NCBI RefSeq assembly: GCF_000315625.1
Contig: NW_005434415.1
Location: 8,137 to 52,629, forward strand
Direction: 5' to 3'
DNA: 44,493 nt
From: Guillardia theta CCMP2712
Taxonomy: Eukaryota > Protista > Cryptophyta
Below, piece by piece: positions 15,507-25,400 of the stretch. The translations under genes were made by a program, and so were the position numbers. The notes beneath the pieces are model-generated. The model was not told where the DNA came from and did no database searches. It was given only the letters and a program-made list of their open reading frames with translations. Each line of letters starts with the position of its first letter. Within the stretch, counting starts at the first letter, position 1.

Positions 15507-17313
15507 ATGCAAAGACTTTGCAAGAGCCTTGTTACCAGGGCTCCATCAGTCACCAAGGCTGTTGTAGGAGCCCAGGCTTCCTCCTTCCACTCCTCTGCCT
15601 CGCTCTCCCTCAAGCTCCAGCCGGAGGCCAACGTTGAGGTAACTGCTCGCTACCTCTCCTGTCCTGCCAGTGTTGTTTGTGCACCTTGAAGGGATGTGTC
15701 GAGAATGGAATGTTGTTAACGGACCACTTGCAGGGCAAGCGCATCAAGTACTTCCAGATCTACCGCTGGGATCCTGATCAGAGCAGGTCGGATCTGTGTA
15801 GGGTCTTGCTGCTGGTTGACTTGGTGGAGCAGCCGCCCCACCATGGCGACGTACCCGATCAATCTGTCGGAGTGTGGTCCCATGGTGCTCAGTGTGCCCT
15901 TGCCGCCATGGCGCTAAGTTTCGCACAGGTTCTGGATGCTCTTCTCAAGATCAAGAACGAGCAGGACTCTACCTTGACCTTCCGTAGATCTTGCCGCGAG
16001 GTGAAGCGAGCATGACCAAGTCTTGGAGCTGACGGGTAGCCATAGGGGATCTGCGGCTCCTGTGCGATGAACATTGATGGATCCAACACTCTTGCGTAAG
16101 AGTTACAAGGGACATGAGGGGGAGAGTTTGAACCCATGGGCGCAGCTGCCTTGCACGAATCGACACCTCCTCCTCCAAAACGAAGATCTATCCTCTCCCT
16201 CACATGTATCTTTCACCTGGCGAGCAGCAGGCGGCATGCAGCTGACGTTGTCTTCAGGTATGTCGTCAAGGACCTGGTCCCCGACATGACCAACTTCTAC
16301 GCTCAAGTAAGAGCGTCGAGATCCCCGGAGGATGGTCGACCGCTGATGAGGTTGGCAGTACAAGACCATCGAGCCCTGGCTTCAGAAGGAGGGCAACGTG
16401 AGCGATCTTTTGGTTACACGTGGAGCCTGAAGTATTTGCAGGAAGGAAAGATCAAGGACGACAATGGCAACTTCAAGGTCGAGGAGAACGTTGGTAGATG
16501 CCCAAGGTCTCAACACCGTTCGCTTGCAGGAGAACTACATGAGCAAGAAGGACCGCGATGTGCTTGATGGAATGTGAGCTCGACTCTTCCCCCCTCTTCC
16601 TTCCCCTTCTTATTCATCAAAGCAGCTCCTCCTTATCCCCCCCTTCCCATACTCACCCGCCCCCCCCCTCCCCCCCCCCCCACCCTTATTACCTTCCTTT
16701 CTTTCATCCCCGTCCCCCGCTTCCTCTCGTCACGTTCGCTGGCAGGTATGAGTGCATCCTGTGCGCTTGCTGCAGCACTTCCTGCCCTTCCTACTGGTGG
16801 AACTCCGAGAAGTACCTCGGCCCGGCTGTTCTCATGCAGGTCAGGAGCATGTCCATGTCAGTTGAGGACATAATGGATCTTGTCAGGCCTACCGTTGGAT
16901 CTGCGACTCTCGTGATCAGAACACCAAGAAGCGCATGGAGATGCTTGACGATACGTGAGCAACAACCCTCCTCGTCTCTTTTCCTTTCTCCCTCCCCTCC
17001 CTCTCCCTCCCCTTCCGACCTTCCTCATTCCCTCCTCTCTTCCCATTCGCTCAGCTTTTTGAGTTCCCCAATGTCTTCCCTGCTCCTCCTCTTTCCGTCC
17101 CGATTCTCAGCGCACTTCTCTCGCCTCCTGCACTTCTCAATCGGCACAGGTACAAGCTCTACCGTTGCCACACCATCATGAACTGCACCAAGACTTGTCC
17201 CAAGAGTCTCAACCCTGGGCTCGCCATCGCCAGGCTCAAGAGGGTACGGGAACAGGCGCGATTCTGTTTGAAAGTCTCTGACCTGCTACTGCCAGAAACT
17301 TGTGACTGGATGA
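15507..17313 (+). CDS. SDH2: Succinate dehydrogenase iron-sulfur subunit, mitochondrial
   Basis: Ser/Ala/Arg-rich transit-like N-terminus, then [66 protein letters not shown] and [20 protein letters not shown]. Last exon KLVTG*. Many GT-AG introns. Confidence 0.97.
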
Positions 17314-17432
17314 AGTTTCTAGCGTTGGAGATATCAGATGTAAACGTAGGACGAACTGAAGTCGTCGGAGCAGTAAATTTACAAATAACAAATAATTAAG
17401 ATGGTGTAGCTAGTGTATTAGGTTCCAGCAAG

Positions 17433-17981
17433 TTATCTGAGGGATCGGGCAGGAAGGTGGAACTGCTTCTTGGCGACGTTGTCTTGCTTCTTCTTCTGCA
17501 CGTTCTCCTGAAGCAAAAATTTCAGACAGGTTCAACTAAAGTCGTCGGATATCAGACCTCGCTAGCGTTGTAGTCAGCCTGGATCTGTATCGATCGCAGC
17601 GGCTCTCTCGACAGGGAGCTCAGCACGTTGCGATGAGCTGGGATTGGCATCCCAGTAGCCTAGCAAAATCCAGTCAGATCACAACAACAGTTGGCACATC
17701 ACATCTTACAGGGTTGATGTTCTCTTTGTCGTTCATCACAACTCCCATTCTCGCATTCTCCTCCCTTGCTGGGTTGAAGTTCTCATCTGAGCAACGGCAT
17801 TCAGCTACATATCAACATGTTCATCTGCCTGACCTCTCCTGTTGTCCTCCCCGCCGTTGCCTGACGCAGTCTCCATCCTCCCTTGACCGACGGCGAACTC
17901 CATGGCTGGCTGCACGTTGAGCTTCACGGGGTGGCTCTCCTTGCTCGTCATGACGTTGGGGTTGGTGTAGTGAAACTCCAT
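17433..17981 (-). CDS. Small low-complexity protein with KEN box, D-box-like motifs and a C-terminal LR tail (candidate APC/C substrate or regulator)
   Basis: Four exons: MEFHYTNPNV...AVGQG / DENFNPAREENARMGVVMNDKENINP / ATGMPIPAHRNVLSSLSREPLRSIQIQADYNASE / ENVQKKKQDNVAKKQFHLPARSLR*. Confidence 0.65.
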
Positions 17982-19076
17982 GACTCCTGCAAAGGTTTCG
18001 TGTGAGTGAAGATGAACAAAGTGGAAGATTTGCAAGCGTAGTGACATTTCAGTTGCAGAAGAAAAAGTGTAATGGACAGATGGTGATCGAGGGAGAGATC
18101 AGTGCGGGCAAGAAAGAAATTTTTGTAATGTACGTAAAATGACAGAAGTAGAGTAGTCAGAGTGGTATAGCAGTGATACAAGGATGGAAGAGAAAGGAGA
18201 GACATAAATGCGAGGAAAGAAGGCTATAGCCAGGATGCCGAGAAAAGAAGCATGAATGCGCGGAGATGGGAACGAGCAGGGAATGAGTCGACGTGTGATG
18301 AGTGAAGGTCAACCTTCAAAAAGGAAAACAAGGCAAAGAGCATGAATGATAGATGGCAGAAAAACTTGGCGGAAAGCACACGATTCAGATAGACAGGCAC
18401 ATGAGTGGGTGAAATGAGAATAGGAGAAAGATGGGGTTATATGTAGAACATCTAGGGGACAAAGTAAAGCAGGGATGGGAGGAGCAAGGGAGGGAGGGAG
18501 GGAGGGAGGGAAGAAAGTCAGAGTGGGAAGGAGGGAGAGGAGGAGGAGGGAGGGAGGGAGGGCGAGGAAAGCCAGAGGGAGACCAGGGTGGGTGGTCGGA
18601 TGGATGGGATGGGAGGGGAGGACGAGGATAGTGCCGGCAGGCGGGAGAGTTGGAGGGGCAGGAGGGCGGGAGGGGGAGGTTTCGAAAATCAAAAACTCAA
18701 TAATTATTTAAACTCAATAAGTAAATTAATATATAGGTTCAATCATAAGACTAAAATAGCAGTAATTGGTACAAAGATTTTCATATCTGTACCAACATGG
18801 TAGAAAAGATATCTGTACATAACCTTGGTTTAAAATATTTAAATTAATTTATTTTGAAAATAAATAGTTTTTTTCATAGCTGAGACGCCGAACTTGATAC
18901 ATATTTCTGTATATGTATTTTATGAAAAACGTTTTAAGTTTGGTACGTGAAAACCCTGACTTCGGGGCCTCTATCGGGGAACAAGCGGAGGATGGGAGAG
19001 TGTGGTAGAGGTCAGTCCGACTAAGATCAGGACAGGAACACGACAGGAAAGGACATGACAGGGACAGAACAGAGAC

Positions 19077-19213
19077 AGGGCAGGGCAGGGCAGGGCAGGG
19101 CAGGGCAGGGCAGGGCAGGGCAGGGCAGGGCAGGGCAGGGCAGGGCAGGGCAGGGCAGGGCAGGGCAGGGCAGGGCAGGACAGGACAGGGCAGGACAGGA
19201 CAGGACAGGACAG
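19077..19213. repeat. (GGGCA)n/(GGACA)n pentamer microsatellite
   Basis: Seen directly. Confidence 0.95.
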
Positions 19214-19465
19214 GACGACAACGCGGAAGGCAATAAAGGGAAAGGAGTAGTGTAGAGAAAGAGAAGAAAGAATTGCGGTCTATCTAGCAGCAAAGCCTCG
19301 TAGGTTTGGCAGGCCGGAAAGGAGAGAAGAGTGGAAAAGACACGCCCGCCTCACTTGTGCAGCTCTGACCACTTGCATGTAGTCTATTGGGAGCCCCAAG
19401 ATCCCCTATGAGAGCGCACGAGTAGAAATTCATGATGGCAGGATAGAAGTCATCAACTACCCGCC

Positions 19466-22400
19466 ATGACCCAACACGCTGAGCTGGTCCTTCCCCTCCA
19501 CTGTTCAGTCAAGCTGCTCAGGACCTCGTGGCTGGCGACCAGCTCAGTGGTGGCAGCGTTCTACTTCGAGCAGTATGACTGTGCTGCATCATGGTCATGC
19601 ATGCAAGCCAACTGAGCTTATGCACCAGGTGCTGTCCTAGCGCTCGCAGTCCTCCTCACCTCCATCAACTACTGGCGACGACCGACGTTCGGATACCGCA
19701 GGAGGCAATATCCTTCCTACACTTGCATCCCCTCCCATCTCCCCCCCCCCGCCCTCGCCCTCCTCCTTTCCAAACCTCCAATAGAGAAGTTGTCACCATT
19801 TGAACAACACTTGGCTCCATGCTCCCTGGGTACATAACCCACGTCATAACCATGTCATGGTGGTCTCAGCTTCTACCTTCTTGTTTCCTCCTTTCCTCCC
19901 TTCTGCTCTCCCTCTCTCCCCCTCAGCTTTCCCGGCCATAGTTTGTGCTCCATTGATGTTGTGGAACAGAATCGACATGGTCTGCACAATCTTCAGCTTG
20001 TCATATCAGTTATTGTAAGCTCAGATTTGATCCGCTCCCTCCGTCTCTCACTCTCCCGCTCCCTCCTATCCCTCCATCCCCAGTTTCTCCTCCCTTCCCC
20101 TCTCCTTCTCCCGCCTGTCTCCCCATCTCCCATCTCTCCTCCCTCCCTCCCTCCTCTTGTTCCTCTTTCCTTTGAACTCATAACCCTCATGCTAGTTTTC
20201 GGTCGCCCGAATTGCTTCCATCTCACCGCAGCTTCTTCATTCCCTACCTCGCGTCCCTCTTGCTCGGCGTTTTCTGCTACCTCAAGGCGAGAAGGTGAGA
20301 ATAAGTCAGGTCCATCGTCCCTCACCTCACAGACGTTTGTTCTTCCCACCTCTGTCCTGACTGTCCATTTTCCCTTCCTCTCCATATGAACTTAGCCGTC
20401 CTCCTCCTCCACTCCATCCGGACCACCCACAGCTATTCCCCCCCTCGCCAGCCCCAACCTCCTCTGCCAATGAACTTTTTGGATATATCAATCCTATGAC
20501 GAGCACTATTGCCAACAATGATATAGATGAAACAACAGGATACTTACTTTTTACTTATGGAGGTTCATTAAAAGTGCTTTGAAGGACATAGCTATTAGCT
20601 AGGCTTAATAATCCACCGGTAACATTGAAATCGCTTGATACTGAGCTTATAAAATTTGATGGAACAGATATGATATCAAGCTGACCGCTAGCATTGACCG
20701 ATAAATTATTTGTATTAACTGATTTGATAAACTGGTCTGAGCTTGTAAATGGTGTAAATGATAAAGCTAATTGATTACCTGTAACAGTAAAAGAAGAATT
20801 GACAGATTGGATAAATTGATTTGCTGATGTAAATGGTGTAAATGATAAAGCTAATTGATTGCCTGTAACAGTAAAGGAGGAATTAACCGATTGTATATAT
20901 TGACTTGATGATATTAAAGGTGTGAAGCTTAGACTTAATTGATTGCCTGTAACGCTAAAGTAAGATGAATTGACCGATTGTATATATTGACTTGATGATG
21001 TAAAGGGTGTAAATGATAAAGCTAATTGATTGCCTGTGACAGTAAAAGATGAATTGACCGACTGGATAAATTGATTCGCTGATGTAAAGGGTGTGAATGA
21101 TAAAGCTAATTGATTGCCTGTAACAGTAAAGGAGGAATTGACAGATTGGATAAATTGATTTGCTGATGTAAATGGTGCGGATGCTAATTCTAAATATCCA
21201 AGTGTAACCGTGAAGTCAGCACTTGCAGAGCTTATAAAAGGTAATTCTTGAATCTTGCTAAAAATTAGCTCTCCATTTGTAACGGTAAAGTCTCCACTTC
21301 TTACACTCCTTATGAATTGACTTCCACTTGTTAAATAATCATTAGCTGTTAGATAGGATTGAACATCTGTGTCAGAGTATCCAGCGGGTATATCAATATT
21401 TTGAATGAATGTATATAAAACATTTGATTCATCCTTAATCTGATTAAATAATATGTTGCTTTCTGTAAGTGTATGAGCATATAAAACATTTGATTCATCC
21501 TTCAAATCTGTTAATGTAATATAATTATTAGCCGTTAAATAGGCCTGTGTGTCTGTGTCATCATATCCAGCAGGGATGACAATGTTATCAATCTTATTAT
21601 CGATTTGCGCGTTGGTGTAAGGCTTTGCGAAACTCTGAACTGTTAATGTTCCTTGCCCTGAATATCCTATTATATCTTTTGCTTCTGATTGTGATAAGGT
21701 CTTGTTGTATATCCTCAAATCTTGAAGATATCCGATAAATTCCCCAATCCGTATATTTTGAGTTGTATTTATTAAGCTCGTTGTTGTCCCTGTCAGTGTC
21801 TGAGCTATTCCATCAATATATAAATAAGCAGTTGTTCCATTATTTACAAAGCAATAATGCTTGAAGCTTGTTGATGTGGCATATCCATTTGTTAGCGTTG
21901 ATATGTTGGTCTCATTGTTAAATGTAAATTGTAGATTGTTGCCATTCCTTTTAATGTAAATGAAATTATCAATTGTTGAAAATATAAAATCATCGGCTGG
22001 GTTTGATTTTAAAGCTGTTATCTTTAGAAAGAAGCTTATTGTTAATCCTGTTTGAGCTGATGATATTAAAGGCAACTGTGCCGATGTCTCGCGTCTTCTG
22101 TCTGGTGTATCATCTATGCTTTGAAGAGAATAATAAAGCTTATAATATTCAGAGTTTGAAAATGTGAAATCATTAAAGTCATATGTGCGATTATATTTTA
22201 TTATCACAACTCCAGACCCTCCAGCTCCTCCGGCTATTGACCCATTACTACTGTATGACCCGCCACCTCCTCCACCTGTTCCGCTTTGTCCTGCCTGAGC
22301 TGTGCCACTATTGAGAGTTGTGCCGCTCGCATTTCCTCCGCCTCCAAGACCTCCATTGTTGCTGCTATTTCCTCCACCACCTCCACCACCATAATATGCT

Positions 22401-25400
22401 AGCGTTCCTGTTATATCAACTTGACGACCATTTCCACCTTGTCCATTTGAAGCATTTGCTCCAGCACCACCCCCAGCACCTCCTCGATTGCTGCCACCAC
22501 TTACATAAAAACCAACTCCATTATTACCGCCTGCAACATATGTTGAACCATTCCAAAAAGTATTTCCTTGAGTAGCTGTTCCGCCTGATGTGCTATTAAA
22601 AGCAGCACCTCCACCAGAGCCTCCAGACCCACCACTTGAGCCATTGGAACCACCGCCGCCAAATCCTCCTCCTTTACCTACTAAACTTAAAGAATCAAAA
22701 GAAAGAGTGGAGTTATTTATATCTGTTATTTTACTGTCATAACCATTTCTATTCGCTGCTCCTCCATTTCCTACATAAATATAATAGGTACCAGCTGATA
22801 TTGTCTTATTGACCATATACAGCACACCACCAGCACCGCCACCGCCTGACTCATATCCAGCTCCTCCAGTTGCTGCGGTTCCACCACCACCACCGCCACC
22901 AACTATAAGAATGTCACATATCAAATCCATCTTAAATTCAACATTATATGTCGTTTGATTTCCTGAAATATGAACAAATTCAACATAATAATCAGATGTT
23001 GAGCCAGAAATTAAATATGAATTCGTTGAAGGTATAGTTATTGGGTCTGGTAAAAAGTAACCTTGTGGTGTAGTGTCTAGATGATAGGTAAAAATACTAT
23101 CATTAAAATTATTATTGAATTTATACCAAGCTATAAGGTCTGTTGTGTTTCCTGTATATGATAATGTAGGTGTCAATTTGCTTGTGCCTGCGGCCGAGTA
23201 CTGAAATTTATAAAGCTCAGGAGTGATCAAGACATTATCATATTGTTTATCTTCAAATATCAGAGATATAGATTTATTGAATAATGTCAATTGTAAAGCT
23301 GAATTGGTTGTATTATATGTATTGTTTGTGTATTCATCAAATAGATAAACATTATTGTTATCATCTACTAAGAACTGCGCAGGGTCAAAGTTATATGTTG
23401 TTCCTCCTGTGCTTGGCAATATAACGTTTTGAGTTGAAACGCTTGAATCGCCAAATCTCACAAGCTCATTATTTTGACTGTCTAATAAAACAATCTCAGG
23501 GCAGTTTGTGCCGGCTGGTCCTTGAGCTCCTGTTGCGCCTTGGGGTCCTGTTGCGCCTTGTGGTCCTGTTGCTCCTTGGGGTCCTTGTGGTCCTGTTGCT
23601 CCTGCTGGTATATTTATACTTGTTGAAGAAACATTCGCATCTCCGATTTGACCTAACAATGTTGAGCCATCAGAATTATAAAATTTTAGCTGTCCAGCAT
23701 TGACCCCAGCACTATATAGATTTATTGATTGAGTTGAAACATTAGGGTCTCCAATTTTACCTAACAAAGTTGTGCCATTAGAATTAAAAAATTTGAGCTC
23801 TCCAGCATTTATTCCATTTGTTCCACTGTCTCCTTTAGGTCCTGCCGCTGGTAAATTTATAGATGCTGATGAAACATTAGCATCTCCTATTTTCCCTAAC
23901 AATTCTGTACCATCAACATTATAGAATTTTAATTCTCCTGCGTTTGTTCCTCTTGGAACATTTATAGAAGCTGTAGAAACATTAGAATCACCTATTTTAG
24001 CAAGTTCAATGGTTCCATCATAGTTTTTGAAAATTATTTGACCCGCATTTTTTCCATTTGTTCCATTAGTTCCATTAGTTCCACTGTCTCCTTTATCTCC
24101 CTTTGGTCCTTGACTTCCAGTGCTTCCAGTATCTCCTTTATCCCCTTTATCACCTTTGATACCATCGGGTAGTGTTATATCTTGACTATTATAATTATTT
24201 AAAGTTATTGTCACATTTCCTGTTCTTGTATTCTTAAAATTTAGCTGAAATGTTTCAATTGTAGAAATATATCTTTGTTGTGCTTCATCATAATATATTT
24301 TAAATATTCCCTGTCTATCTGCTGAATCAAACAAATCTTTAATGTCTGTCTTAGCCGGCTCATTGTTGATGGTTAAGCTTCGTCTTATATTGTTATTTGT
24401 TGAAAGGCTTTGTTGTGTGCTCACTGTTTGATTATTTACAGTAATAAAAGAACCACCATATAAAATATTATCACATATCAAATGGTCTAAGTGAAGCCCT
24501 CCAGTTATCTTAGTTTTTACATTGTCAACATCACCATTATATAATTTAGAAACATCATCATCAGACCATACACCATTTGTAGCATTCATTACAATATTAC
24601 ATATCCCCCTATTAGCTGAATATCTCCCATCTTTTAGGATATAGTTTCTAATGTTATAATTATAAATGACAATTGGATGTAATTGATACCAATTCGCAGT
24701 CGGTGGCGTGATATCCATAGCCACCAAAACACCATTCAGATACACCTTAAATATATCTTTGGATATGCTGAAAGCGTAATGATTCCAATCGTAAAACAAT
24801 GTTTTATCATTCGAAAAATTATTGTTAATGATAACAGACCTCAAATTCTCAACCCTTTGTTGTAAATTATTAATATATACAATCTTGACCCGCAGCCCCA
24901 AAAATTTATCAGGCAAGGAATCATCATCTGAAATAATCCAGTAAAATTCAGTCCCATCATAAAAACCATCGTTGCCATTCTTATTTTCATATTTGATTTG
25001 AAAAAGCCTATATTCTTGTGTTCCGTTGTTTCTTGCCTCGTTCGTGTTGTCAAATCTCCACCAAAAAGAAAGGTTTATGTACTGAGAAAATAAAAGGTCA
25101 TTGACTATTAAATTTTTATTGCTTTGAAAGTTTAGCCTATAAGTTGATATGTTAAGTTTAAATGTATCTTCTATTGTGCCGTTAAATTCAATGTTGTTGT
25201 AAGATGTGCCCAATAAATTATTTATTGATAAACTAGTAGGCCCAATAAAAACATCTCCTTTTACTGGTGATAATGAAAGGGGATATGTTATGTTTAAATT
25301 ATTGTTGTTCAAAGCTAACTTATCCGAGAACGTTAAAGAATTATTGACAGTTAAATTATTTGTATTCACTGAGTTTTTTATTTCATTGTTGATAACATTA

